A stretch of 32,000 nt of DNA from Vibrio vulnificus CMCP6 (GTDB taxonomy: Bacteria; Pseudomonadota; Gammaproteobacteria; Enterobacterales; Vibrionaceae). The notes under the pieces are model-generated. The model saw nothing but the letters and a program-made list of their open reading frames with translations, did no database searches and was not told the DNA's origin. Position 1 is the first letter of the stretch. Each line of letters opens with the position of its first letter. The stretch is taken from the NCBI RefSeq assembly GCF_000039765.1, contig NC_004459.3:1650001-1682000 (forward strand), given 5' to 3'. The position numbers and the translations under genes were made by a program. Positions 7,716 to 17,266 of the stretch are shown here, piece after piece.

Positions 7716-9011
7716 TTACTTGCTTTCTGCTGCCAAAATCGCAAAACAACGATCTGCCGCTTCCAATGTCGCCTCAATCTCTTTGCTACCGTGAGCTAAT
7801 GAGGTGAAGCTGGCTTCAAAGGCAGAAGGCGCCAAATAAACACCGTGATCAATCATGAGGTGGAAGAAGCGTTTGAAGCGTTCAATATCGCACTTAGTGA
7901 CATCTTCATAGCAAGTGATCTGCTCTTGCTCAGTAAAGAAGAAGCCAAACATACCGCCCACTTGGTTGACCACAAGTGGAATACCATGTTGTGCTGCAAG
8001 AGATTTAAAGCCATCGGCCAGATGTTTGGTTTTTGATGCCAGGCGCTTTTCATTGCCTTCTTCACGCAGTAACGTTAAACAAGCGTAGCCCGCCGCCATG
8101 GCAACAGGGTTACCTGATAATGTTCCAGCTTGGTAAACAGGACCGGTTGGAGCAATGTATTGCATGACTTCTTTACGGCCACCAAACGCACCAACTGGCA
8201 TGCCACCACCAATGACCTTACCAAGTGTGGTCAAGTCTGGCTTGATGTTGTAGTGAGCTTGTGCACCACCAAGTGCCACACGGAAGCCGGTCATCACTTC
8301 ATCAAAAATTAGCAGTGCGCCTTCTTGATCGCAGATCTCGCGTAGCCCCTCGTGGAAGCCTTCCACTGGCGGAATACAGTTCATGTTGCCCGCCACCGGT
8401 TCAACGATGATACAGGCGATTTCACCCTTGTTTGCTGCAAACAGTTCTCGTACTGAATCGAGATCGTTAAATGTAGCGGTTAGGGTATGTTTTGCGAAAT
8501 CGGCAGGCACACCTGGAGAACTTGGTTGACCTAGAGTCAAGGCACCAGAGCCCGCTTTAACAAGCAAGCTGTCTGCGTGGCCGTGATAACAACCTTCAAA
8601 CTTTAGAATTTTATCTCGGCCAGTGAAGCCGCGCGCTAGGCGGATTGCACTCATGGTCGCTTCAGTACCTGAACTGACCATGCGTAGTTGCTCCATCGAA
8701 GGAACGAGCTCGGAAACCAACTCAGCCATTTTGATTTCCATTTCGGTCGGAGCACCAAAGCTGAGGCCACGTTGCGCAGCTTCAATCACTGCTTCACGAA
8801 TCACCGCGTGGTTATGGCCCAAAATCATCGGACCCCATGAACCTACGTAATCGATGTAGGCTTTGCCATCCGCATCAAAAATGAAGGCGCCATCGGCTCT
8901 TTCGACGAAAATTGGCGAACCGCCAACGCCGTTGAACGCACGAACGGGTGAGTTAACGCCACCAGGAATGGTTTGCTGGGCTTTTTGATACAGCTCGGCT
9001 GATTTGGTCAT
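7716..9011 (-). CDS. hemL: Glutamate-1-semialdehyde 2,1-aminomutase
   Basis: [26 protein letters not shown]... aligns with the E. coli HemL N-terminus, and the protein is a class-III aminotransferase. I place the start at the ATG complementary to 9009-9011, which has a GAGGA SD. The 33-codon upstream extension in the ORF track is unlikely to be real. Confidence 0.9.
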   Translation of the reverse strand: MTKSAELYQKAQQTIPGGVNSPVRAFNGVGGSPIFVERADGAFIFDADGKAYIDYVGSWGPMILGHNHAVIREAVIEAAQRGLSFGAPTEMEIKMAELVSELVPSMEQLRMVSSGTEATMSAIRLARGFTGRDKILKFEGCYHGHADSLLVKAGSGALTLGQPSSPGVPADFAKHTLTATFNDLDSVRELFAANKGEIACIIVEPVAGNMNCIPPVEGFHEGLREICDQEGALLIFDEVMTGFRVALGGAQAHYNIKPDLTTLGKVIGGGMPVGAFGGRKEVMQYIAPTGPVYQAGTLSGNPVAMAAGYACLTLLREEGNEKRLASKTKHLADGFKSLAAQHGIPLVVNQVGGMFGFFFTEQEQITCYEDVTKCDIERFKRFFHLMIDHGVYLAPSAFEASFTSLAHGSKEIEATLEAADRCFAILAAESK

Positions 9012-9297
9012 GGGTTTATCCTCTTCTGATTGCTCGGACCAAGTGGCGGGCATTGTACCTCTCTCAACGGCAGTTAGAAATATTTTGCTTCGGTTTATGA
9101 CTCTATTCACGGGATTTATAAAAATGTTCTGTTTAGATAATGAGTATTTGGCGAAACATTGTAGACAATACAGTGGTGAATACTTGAACGTATTGGTCAG
9201 GTATTGGATAATCTCGCGATAGCTAAAACAATACCATCGTCAGCGGCCTCTAATATCGAGATTGTCTGGCGGGAATACACGAGTGAGAGAGGTCGTC

Positions 9298-9639
9298 GTG
9301 AGCGATATTAATCTACCATTATCATTTTCTGATGCAGCAGCAGCACGAGTTAAGATGTTGATTGCTGAAGAAGAAAACCCAGCGCTTAAATTGCGTGTTT
9401 ACATTACTGGCGGTGGTTGTAGCGGCTTCCAGTACGGTTTTACTTTTGATGAAAGCGTCAATGAAGGCGATACCACTATCGAAAACAGTGGTGTTACGTT
9501 AGTTGTTGACCCAATGAGTCTGCAGTATTTAATTGGCGGCGTTGTCGATTACACAGAAGGGTTGGAAGGCTCACGCTTTTTCGTCAACAACCCAAATGCA
9601 ACAACCACGTGTGGTTGTGGTGCATCATTCAGCGTGTAG
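9298..9639 (+). CDS. erpA: Iron-sulfur cluster insertion protein ErpA (A-type carrier)
   Basis: [22 protein letters not shown]...[20 protein letters not shown]...CGCGASFSV is near-identical in pattern to E. coli ErpA (114 aa). The start is GTG at 9298 with a GAGAGAGG SD. The ORF-track start at 9262 (TTG) is probably too long. Confidence 0.88.
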   Translation: MSDINLPLSFSDAAAARVKMLIAEEENPALKLRVYITGGGCSGFQYGFTFDESVNEGDTTIENSGVTLVVDPMSLQYLIGGVVDYTEGLEGSRFFVNNPNATTTCGCGASFSV

Positions 9640-9660
9640 TCTCACCAACAGCTGATTATC

Positions 9661-9693
9661 AGGTGGTTGGCAAAACCAACCACCTCAGTTTTA
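9661..9693 (+). terminator. Hairpin/terminator after erpA
   Basis: AGGTGGTTGG-caaaa-CCAACCACCT (perfect 10-bp stem) followed by CAGTTTTA. The T-tract is weak. Confidence 0.5.
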
Positions 9694-9764
9694 CGTATTA
9701 GGATGTCACGTAAAACTTGCTCCAGATTCCGTCTTGCTGAGCACAAAAATAAAAAGGACTTTCT

Positions 9765-10859
9765 ATGTCTATCAAACAACAAGGCCGCCAGTTTATTCAG
9801 CGTCCGTGGCTAGTATCTCTTCTTATTATTCTCATCTTAGGTGCATGGCTTGGCTTTGGCAGTAGCAAAGCCGATGAAACATCGTCCACCAAAGCCGCGC
9901 AAGAAATTCCATTAGCGAAAGTCGTGTATCAAACATTCTTGGCTCAGCCAACGGCACGCAGTATTGATCTTTATGGTCGAACCGCGCCCAACCGCCAAGC
10001 TCGTTTAGGCGCAGAGATTGCGGGAAAAATCGTGCGTTTAGAAGTCGAGAAAGGCCAAGCGGTACGTAAAGGTCAGGTGATTGCGATAATCGATAAGCGT
10101 GATTTGGATTATCGCTTACAGCGCGCGAAAGCCATGCTTGAAGTGAAGCTGAAAGAGTTTAAGGCAGCGCAATCCTTGAAAAGTCGCGGTTTACAAGGCG
10201 AAGTCGCGTTTGCAACAGCAGAAGCCGCTTTGGTTGATGCAAAAGCCAATCTTAGCAATGTGGAAACCGAGCTGAGCAATACGGAGGTTCGGGCTCCTTT
10301 TGATGGCATCCTTGATAGCCGTTTTGTCGAAGTGGGGGATTTCGTTGGTATTGGCGATCCGGTGGCGACCGTGATCGATCTACAAAAATTGGTGATTGAA
10401 GCCGACGTCAGCGAAAGACATGTTCAGCATCTGGCGGCTAAACAGATGGCGCAAGTGCGTTTGATTGGCGGGCAGTTATTGCAAGGTGCTATTCGTTATG
10501 TTGGGCAAGTCTCTTCTCCTTCAACCAATACCTTTCCCATTGAAATTGAAGTCGACAACAGCCAGCATCGCATTCCTGCTGGTGTCAGCGCAGAAGTGCA
10601 ATTAACCCTAGATCAGACATCCGCGATTAAAGTGACGCCAGCGATGTTGGCTCTTGATGAGCGTGGTAATTTAGGCGTCAAAACAGTGCAGAATCAGCAT
10701 GTGCGCTTTGTTCCTATTCAATTGGTAAAAGCCGAGCAAGATGGCGTGTGGCTGTCTGGCTTGGGAGAACAGGTTGACATTATCGTGCTGGGGCAAGGTT
10801 TTGTTCGAGATGGCGATTTGGTTGATGCGACACCACAAACTGAACTCGTAACCAATTGA
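9765..10859 (+). CDS. vexE: RND efflux periplasmic adaptor (membrane fusion protein) VexE
   Basis: 364 aa with an N-terminal TM anchor and HlyD/MFP architecture (coiled-coil hairpin, beta-barrel). It lies immediately upstream of an RND pump. Position between erpA and the M23 gene matches VC0628 by memory. Confidence 0.8.
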   Translation: MSIKQQGRQFIQRPWLVSLLIILILGAWLGFGSSKADETSSTKAAQEIPLAKVVYQTFLAQPTARSIDLYGRTAPNRQARLGAEIAGKIVRLEVEKGQAVRKGQVIAIIDKRDLDYRLQRAKAMLEVKLKEFKAAQSLKSRGLQGEVAFATAEAALVDAKANLSNVETELSNTEVRAPFDGILDSRFVEVGDFVGIGDPVATVIDLQKLVIEADVSERHVQHLAAKQMAQVRLIGGQLLQGAIRYVGQVSSPSTNTFPIEIEVDNSQHRIPAGVSAEVQLTLDQTSAIKVTPAMLALDERGNLGVKTVQNQHVRFVPIQLVKAEQDGVWLSGLGEQVDIIVLGQGFVRDGDLVDATPQTELVTN

Positions 10860-10869
10860 GGAGAGTGCC

Positions 10870-13800
10870 ATGTTATCTGTGATAGATGCGGTTCTTTCCC
10901 GCTCTCGTACCATGATGACGCTGCTGGTGATGATTTTGCTGGCAGGCATTGGTACTTACATGACGATTCCCAAAGAATCGAGTCCAGACATCACCATTCC
11001 GATTATTTACGTTTCCGTTGGCCACCAAGGCATCTCTCCAACGGATGCGGAGCGTTTGCTTGTACGTCCGATAGAGCAAGAGCTGCGTTCTATCGAAGGG
11101 GTCAAAGAGATGACCTCGACGGCATCGGAAGGGCATGCTTCGGTTATGTTGGAGTTTACTGTGGGGGTAGACCTGGCAAAGGCGATGGCGGATGTTCGTG
11201 ATGCCGTGGATCTCGCCAAGCCGAAATTGCCAGCAGACAGTGATGAACCAACAGTAAATGAGGTCACGCTGGCTTCAGAAGAGCCTGTGCTGTCTGTTGT
11301 GCTCTACGGTACGTTACCAGAGCGCACGATTGTTCAAGTTGCTCGTCAACTTCGAGACAAACTCGAAAGCTATCGCCAAGTTCTTGAAGTTGATATTGCG
11401 GGTGACCGTGAAGATATCGTCGAAATCATCGTCGATCCCTTATTGATGGAAAGCTATGGCTTGGATCAGGGAGATATTTACAATCTGATCGCGTTGAACA
11501 ACCGAGTGGTGGCGGCGGGTTTTGTCGACACGGGTTATGGCCGTTTCTCGGTCAAAGTGCCTTCGGTGTTTGATTCATTAAAGGATGTCTTAGAGCTACC
11601 AATCAAAGTGGATGGTAAGCAGGTCATTACGTTTGCCGATGTGGCGACAGTACGGAGAGCCTTTCGCGATCCGGAGTCTTTTGCTCGTCTAGATGGTAAA
11701 CCGGCCGTGGTACTCGATGTAAAAAAACGCGCCGGTGAAAATATCATCGAAACCGTTGAGTTGGTTAAACGAGTGATCGAAGAAGGTCAAAAGCGGGCAG
11801 ATTGGCCAGATAACTTGCTGGTGAAATACACCTGGGATCAGTCGGAAGATGTTGAGTTGATGCTCAATGATCTGCAAAACAACATCTTGTCCGCGATCAT
11901 TTTGGTGGTCATCGTCATTATTGCCATTTTGGGTGTTCGAACTGCGTTGCTTGTGGGGATCTCGATCCCAGGTTCTTTCCTCACTGGCTTATTGGTTTTG
12001 GCCGTGTTCGGTCTGACCGTCAATATCGTGGTGCTCTTTTCTCTGATCATGGCTGTAGGCATGCTGGTGGATGGGGCTATTGTGGTCACCGAGTTTGCCG
12101 ATCGCCGCATGCAGGAAGGGGTCGAACGCAAACAGGCTTATCGTGACGCAGCCAAACGTATGGCGTGGCCGATTACCGCATCAACAGCGACGACGTTAGC
12201 TGCGTTTGCACCACTGCTTTTTTGGCCCGATATTACGGGCGAATTCATGAAGTATTTGCCTTTGACCTTAATTGCGACGTTAGCGGCGTCTCTCATCATG
12301 GCACTGTTGTTTGTGCCAGTATTAGGGGGCCTGATTGGTAAGCCGCAAAATGTCTCAAGTGAGAACCAGCGTCGTATGGTGGCTTTACACAATGGTGAAT
12401 TCGACAAAGCAACGGGTATCACCAAGCTTTACTACCATACTTTGGCGATTGCCGTACGACACCCATTGAAGATCTTGTTGAGCGCGATCCTAATGGCCGG
12501 TGGTGTTGGCTTTGCCTATAACAAAGCTGGGTTAGGCGCGGAGTTTTTCCCTGAAGTCGATCCTCCTTTCTTTACGGTTAAAGTTCGTTCTTACGGTGAC
12601 TTGTCGATTTTTGAGAAAGACGTCGTGATGCGCAACATCGAACAAGTGATGCTTGGGCATGATGAGTTTGAAAGTGTCTATACCCGAACCGGTGGTGATG
12701 ACGAAATTGGCCAGATCCAAATTACGCCTGTGGATTGGCAATATCGGCGTAAAGTCAAAGAGATTATTGATGAGTTAAAACAAACCACATCCACATTCTC
12801 AGGGGTTGAGATCGAATATAAATTTCCCGATGCAGGGCCACCAGTGGAGCATGACTTGGTGATCGAGATGTCATCTCGTATCCCTGAGCACCTCGATGAT
12901 GCAGCTAAAGTGGTGCGACATTGGGCTGACAACAACCCAGCGCTGACCAACTTGAGTGATACTTCCAGTAAGGAAGGGATCGATTGGCAAATCGACATCC
13001 GACGTGACGATGCATCGCGTTTTGCAGCTGACGCGACTTTGGTTGGCAATACGGTCCAGTTTGTCACTAATGGTTTGAAAATTGGTGATTACTTACCGGA
13101 TGACGCCAATGAAGAAGTGGACATTTTGGTACGCTATCCGGAAGAAAAACGCGACATTGGCCGCTTTGATCAGTTAAGAGTGAAAACACCCGCTGGGCTT
13201 GTGCCGATTACCAACTTTGCGCAGATCAAACCTGAGCCCAAACAAGACACGATCAAACGGATTGATGGGCAGCGCGTGATCAACGTCATGGCGGATATGG
13301 TAGAGGGGTACAACTTAGCGCTTGAACTGCCAAAGATTGAGCAAGCGCTCAGTGAGCTTGGCTTGCCTGAGGGCGTGGAGTTTCGGATTCGAGGGCAAAA
13401 TGAAGAGCAGGAGCATTCATCCGCGTTCTTACAAAACGCCTTTATGATCGCACTGGCGGTGATGGCTCTTATCTTGATCACTCAGTTTAATAGTTTCTAT
13501 CAAGCGTTTTTGATCCTCAGTGCTGTGCTCTTTTCCACGGTCGGGGTTTTTGCTGGGCTGTTGATTTTCCAAAAACCGTTTGGCGTCATTATGTCAGGCA
13601 TCGGAGTGATTGCGCTGGCAGGTATTGTGGTGAACAACAATATTGTATTGATCGACACTTATAACCAATTACGCCAACGTGGTTTAGACAAGGAAGAAGC
13701 GATCTTGCGCACTGGGGTTCAGCGTTTAAGGCCGGTGATGCTCACCACGGTGACGACCATCCTTGGGTTATTGCCGATGGTATTGGAAATGAATATCGAC

Positions 13801-14052
13801 TTGATCAACCAAAAAATTGAATTCGGTGCACCAAGTACCCAGTGGTGGTCACAGTTGGCAACCGCTGTGGCGGGTGGTTTGGCGTTTGCGACGGTATTAA
13901 CTTTAGTATTAACGCCATGTTTATTGATGTTGGGGCGAGAACATAGAAGTGTGAAAGAAGACGATGACGTCGAAGAAGATCTCATCGACGACGTTCATAC
14001 TGACATTCCACCAGCAGCAAGCTCTGAATCTGGAAAAGTCGTCGGCTTGTAA
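10870..14052 (+). CDS. vexF: RND family efflux pump inner-membrane subunit VexF (AcrB/HAE1-like)
   Basis: 1060 aa with a 12-TM RND topology and two large periplasmic loops. GAGGAG SD. Located 10 nt after vexE. Confidence 0.85.
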   Translation: MLSVIDAVLSRSRTMMTLLVMILLAGIGTYMTIPKESSPDITIPIIYVSVGHQGISPTDAERLLVRPIEQELRSIEGVKEMTSTASEGHASVMLEFTVGVDLAKAMADVRDAVDLAKPKLPADSDEPTVNEVTLASEEPVLSVVLYGTLPERTIVQVARQLRDKLESYRQVLEVDIAGDREDIVEIIVDPLLMESYGLDQGDIYNLIALNNRVVAAGFVDTGYGRFSVKVPSVFDSLKDVLELPIKVDGKQVITFADVATVRRAFRDPESFARLDGKPAVVLDVKKRAGENIIETVELVKRVIEEGQKRADWPDNLLVKYTWDQSEDVELMLNDLQNNILSAIILVVIVIIAILGVRTALLVGISIPGSFLTGLLVLAVFGLTVNIVVLFSLIMAVGMLVDGAIVVTEFADRRMQEGVERKQAYRDAAKRMAWPITASTATTLAAFAPLLFWPDITGEFMKYLPLTLIATLAASLIMALLFVPVLGGLIGKPQNVSSENQRRMVALHNGEFDKATGITKLYYHTLAIAVRHPLKILLSAILMAGGVGFAYNKAGLGAEFFPEVDPPFFTVKVRSYGDLSIFEKDVVMRNIEQVMLGHDEFESVYTRTGGDDEIGQIQITPVDWQYRRKVKEIIDELKQTTSTFSGVEIEYKFPDAGPPVEHDLVIEMSSRIPEHLDDAAKVVRHWADNNPALTNLSDTSSKEGIDWQIDIRRDDASRFAADATLVGNTVQFVTNGLKIGDYLPDDANEEVDILVRYPEEKRDIGRFDQLRVKTPAGLVPITNFAQIKPEPKQDTIKRIDGQRVINVMADMVEGYNLALELPKIEQALSELGLPEGVEFRIRGQNEEQEHSSAFLQNAFMIALAVMALILITQFNSFYQAFLILSAVLFSTVGVFAGLLIFQKPFGVIMSGIGVIALAGIVVNNNIVLIDTYNQLRQRGLDKEEAILRTGVQRLRPVMLTTVTTILGLLPMVLEMNIDLINQKIEFGAPSTQWWSQLATAVAGGLAFATVLTLVLTPCLLMLGREHRSVKEDDDVEEDLIDDVHTDIPPAASSESGKVVGL

Positions 14053-14071
14053 TCTCCAAACCCTATTAAGC

Positions 14072-14106
14072 AAAAGAGAGGCAAACCTTGCCTCTCTTTT
14101 TGCTTT
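14072..14106. terminator. Bidirectional terminator between the convergent vexF and M23 peptidase genes
   Basis: AAAAGAGAGGCAA-acc-TTGCCTCTCTTTT followed by TGCTTTT, with A/T runs on both sides. Confidence 0.8.
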
Positions 14107-14124
14107 TCGTGTGCTGACGCAGGG

Positions 14125-15417
14125 TTAGTTCATTGCCAGTAACTTACTGTAGCGCTCTAATTTATCAAGACGCAGTTTAGAATTGGCGATGAAGGTCTCT
14201 TTTGCTTGTCCGCTCAACGATTGAGCTTGAGGTAAGCTGACCGTTCTGGGGTTTTTGTGAACCCCGTTGACCAAAAATTCATAATGCAGGTGAGGGCCTG
14301 TCACACGGCCTGTCCCGCCTAAAGTACCAATACTTTGACCTTGTTTGACTCGTTGTCCGGTCTTGACCAATTTCTTTTGTAGATGCAAATACTTAGTCAG
14401 ATAAGTGTTGCTGTGGCGGATAAACACGTAGTTACCGTTAAATTGGTTGTACCCCGCTTGTTGTACGACACCATCGCCAGCAGCCCAAATTGGTGTACCA
14501 ACGGGCGCGACGTAATCGGTACCTCGGTGTGCTTTGACTTGTCCGGTAACGGGATGCAGTCGACGCGGATTAAAGTTAGAGCTTACGCGTCGGAAATCGA
14601 TAGGTGCCCGCAAGAACGCTTTCTTCATTGCTCGCCCATTCTCGTCGTAATAGTTGCCTGTTTTGTCATCATAGATGGCGGTGAAGGTATCGCCTTGGTT
14701 ACGGAAAATAGCAGCAATAATACGGCCACGACCGATGACTTCTCCTTCTACAACCTGTTCTTGATAAAGCACGCGAAAGCTGTCTCGTTCACGAATATCT
14801 TGTGCAAAGTCGATGTCCCAGCCAAAAATCCCGGCGAGTTCCATTATTTGATTAGCCGTCAATCCTGCGCTGATGGCGGCATTCCAAAAGTTTGAAGTAA
14901 TGGACGCTTCGGCATACGCGTACTGGTAGTTCACTTCCTTATTATTAAGCTGAGAGTTGTAACCAGTATCACTTCGAGTAATTTCAAAGGTTTCGAAGGC
15001 ATTCAGTTGGCGTTTGAGTTTGACCAATTGATCCTGTGCATCAAAGCCAAATTGCAGCATATCACCAGGTTTAAGGCGAGAAAGTTGAGTTTTGATCTCA
15101 TCGTTGGTGGTGATCAATTGGTGTAATAAGGAAGCCGATAAGCCAATGCGTTGGAATAAGATGGCGGCGCTTTCCCCATCCTTCACGCGATAGCGTTCCC
15201 AACGATGCACTGAGGATTCGGTAGACAAAACGGGATTGATTGACAATCGCTGCATCTCGATGTCAATAGGGTAGTGGCGTCCTACTTCTAAACGGTTTTC
15301 TTTTGGGCGCAGTTCATTAGCATCAGGCAAAAGAAACAGAGCGACAAAAATCATCGCACTAAAAAAGCCGATCAGCACTTTGTGCAATATGGGAAGACGG
15401 GCAAAAATTGAAAGCAT
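14125..15417 (-). CDS. mepM: M23 family murein DD-endopeptidase, MepM/YebA-like (N-terminal TM anchor, OapA/LysM-like domain, C-terminal LytM domain)
   Basis: 430 aa. SSNFNPRRLHPVTGQVKAHRGTDY (HxxxD) and GPHLHYE (HxH) are collinear with E. coli MepM (440 aa). Confidence 0.75.
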   Translation of the reverse strand: MLSIFARLPILHKVLIGFFSAMIFVALFLLPDANELRPKENRLEVGRHYPIDIEMQRLSINPVLSTESSVHRWERYRVKDGESAAILFQRIGLSASLLHQLITTNDEIKTQLSRLKPGDMLQFGFDAQDQLVKLKRQLNAFETFEITRSDTGYNSQLNNKEVNYQYAYAEASITSNFWNAAISAGLTANQIMELAGIFGWDIDFAQDIRERDSFRVLYQEQVVEGEVIGRGRIIAAIFRNQGDTFTAIYDDKTGNYYDENGRAMKKAFLRAPIDFRRVSSNFNPRRLHPVTGQVKAHRGTDYVAPVGTPIWAAGDGVVQQAGYNQFNGNYVFIRHSNTYLTKYLHLQKKLVKTGQRVKQGQSIGTLGGTGRVTGPHLHYEFLVNGVHKNPRTVSLPQAQSLSGQAKETFIANSKLRLDKLERYSKLLAMN

Positions 15418-15544
15418 ATCGGGTTTATACGGTTTATGAAGACAAAATTAACAACGGAATAGTCTAACTTGTTTCAAAAATCATCGCTATTCAAGTAAGA
15501 TGTCCAGCTATTATATTTTGCCAAATTTGTGGGAGTGAACAAGC

Positions 15545-16732
15545 ATGGCGAGCATTGAAGCCGCTTTAGCCGAGATTAAGCGCGGTGTTGAAGAGCTGAT
15601 TCCAGAAGAAGAGTTAATCGCAAAACTAAAAGAAGGTCGTCCTCTTCGCATTAAATTGGGTGCCGATCCAACTGCGCCTGATATTCACTTAGGTCATACC
15701 GTCATTTTGAACAAGCTGCGTGCGTTTCAAGATCTTGGCCATGATGTGACATTTTTGATTGGTGACTTTACTGGTATGGTCGGTGACCCAACTGGTAAAA
15801 ACTCGACGCGCCCACCGTTGACTCGTGAAGATGTGCTACGCAATGCTGAAACCTATAAGCAGCAAGTGTTCAAAATTCTCGATCCTGCGAAAACAAAAAT
15901 TCAGTTTAACTCTGAATGGTTGTCTGAGCTTGGTGCTGAAGGCATGATTCGTCTTGCGGCAAACCAGACTGTTGCACGTATGCTAGAGCGTGATGATTTC
16001 AAAAAACGCTATGCAGGTGGTCAGCCAATCGCTATTCATGAGTTTATGTACCCACTTCTGCAAGGCTATGACTCTGTGGCGATGGAAACCGACGTAGAAC
16101 TCGGTGGTACTGACCAGAAGTTTAACTTGCTAATGGGCCGTGAACTGCAAAAAGCGAACGGACAAAAACCGCAGGTGGTTTTGATGATGCCTCTTCTTGT
16201 TGGCCTAGACGGCGAGAAGAAAATGTCAAAATCCGCCAACAACTACATTGGTGTTAGCGAAGCGCCAAGCGAGATGTTTGGTAAGATCATGTCCATCTCA
16301 GATGACCTGATGTGGAGCTACTACGAGTTGCTTTCTTTCCGTCCATTGGAAGAGTTAGCTCAGTTCAAAGCGGATGTTGCAGCAGGTAAAAACCCACGTG
16401 ATATCAAAGTACTGTTAGCAAAAGAGATCATTGCCCGTTTCCATAGTGAAGCCGATGCGGATGCGGCAGAGCAAGAGTTCGTTAACCGTTTTGCGAAAAA
16501 TCAGATCCCTGATGAAATGCCAGAGTTTACTTTTGCCGCAGGCACACCAATGGCGAACTTGCTAAAAGAGGCTGAGCTATGTTCATCAACATCGGAAGCG
16601 ATGCGTATGGTGAAGCAAGGCGCGGCTAAGATGGATGGTGAAAAAGTAGAAGACGCCAAAGCAGAACCAGCCGTTGGCACCTATGTGTTCCAAGTTGGTA
16701 AACGTAAGTTTGCTCGAATCACCATTGCGTAA
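15545..16732 (+). CDS. tyrS: Tyrosine--tRNA ligase, short type-2 (TyrZ-like) form
   Basis: 395 aa with HIGH motif DIHLGH, KMSKS, and a C-terminal S4-like domain. It is shorter than the 424-aa E. coli type-1 enzyme. Confidence 0.88.
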   Translation: MASIEAALAEIKRGVEELIPEEELIAKLKEGRPLRIKLGADPTAPDIHLGHTVILNKLRAFQDLGHDVTFLIGDFTGMVGDPTGKNSTRPPLTREDVLRNAETYKQQVFKILDPAKTKIQFNSEWLSELGAEGMIRLAANQTVARMLERDDFKKRYAGGQPIAIHEFMYPLLQGYDSVAMETDVELGGTDQKFNLLMGRELQKANGQKPQVVLMMPLLVGLDGEKKMSKSANNYIGVSEAPSEMFGKIMSISDDLMWSYYELLSFRPLEELAQFKADVAAGKNPRDIKVLLAKEIIARFHSEADADAAEQEFVNRFAKNQIPDEMPEFTFAAGTPMANLLKEAELCSSTSEAMRMVKQGAAKMDGEKVEDAKAEPAVGTYVFQVGKRKFARITIA

Positions 16733-16763
16733 GATGCGCCCCTAGGGCATCTCACTGCTATCG

Positions 16764-16792
16764 AAAAGCGCCTTCTTAAAGGCGCTTTTTTT
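16764..16792 (+). terminator. Rho-independent terminator of tyrS, overlapping the last codons of the convergent ybaN
   Basis: AGCGCCTT-ctta-AAGGCGCT followed by T7. The ybaN stop codon is the complement of 16776-16778, inside the hairpin. Confidence 0.8.
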
Positions 16793-17192
16793 CTGCTTGT
16801 TGATAGGTTTTGAAACGTAAGATGAACCAAGTTTCAAAGAGGAGAAGTGACAAAATGGCGTACTGCCAATGCGTACCGTAAGCCACAAAAAATAATACGC
16901 TGAGCATGGATACCCAAATCAACAGCAAAGAGTGAATTTTTTCTCGCCGCGTTAAACCTTGTTTCTTGTTAAGGCGTTGTGCTAAAGGGCCAAGCTTAGG
17001 ATGGTTGAGTAGCCACTGTTGAAAAACAGGGGAAGATTTCCCGAAACAGTAAAGTGCCAATAGGATAAAGGGCACCGTGGGTAACAGTGGCACTGTGATG
17101 CCAATCGTGCCTAGAATGACACACGTCCAGCCAATGCAGTTGTAACCTTTACGGCGAAAGGCTTCTTTGTCTTTTATTGGGTGATGTTTCAT
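16776..17192 (-). CDS. ybaN: YbaN family inner-membrane protein (DUF454)
   Basis: 138 aa with 3-4 TM helices. GYNCIGWTCVILGTIGITVPLLPTVPFILLA is typical of YbaN. GGGGA SD. Confidence 0.7.
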   Translation of the reverse strand: MKHHPIKDKEAFRRKGYNCIGWTCVILGTIGITVPLLPTVPFILLALYCFGKSSPVFQQWLLNHPKLGPLAQRLNKKQGLTRREKIHSLLLIWVSMLSVLFFVAYGTHWQYAILSLLLFETWFILRFKTYQQAEKKRL

Positions 17193-17266
17193 GATGATAT
17201 TCCCCAGCCAAATATCAACAAGTATGGCTGGGGTTTAGCTTAAATGGCAACTTGTGCTGTTTTTCG

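Noticed and set aside
9012-9110. 33-codon N-terminal extension of hemL in the ORF track. Similar extensions occur at erpA (9262-9297), greA (20319-20342) and ftsH (22052-22060).
   Set aside because: Homolog N-termini (E. coli HemL, ErpA, GreA, FtsH) align with the internal starts, each of which has a better SD. The extensions are simply the longest open frames.
14383-14895. 170-aa ORF antisense to the M23 peptidase gene. Comparable antisense or alternate-frame ORFs lie inside chiS, rsmC, vexF, ftsH, glmM and nusA (for example 2247-2576, 5791-6174, 12678-13067, 28117-28557).
   Set aside because: All lie entirely within strongly supported genes, lack motifs and SDs, and have Ser/Arg/Ala-rich composition typical of off-frame translation.
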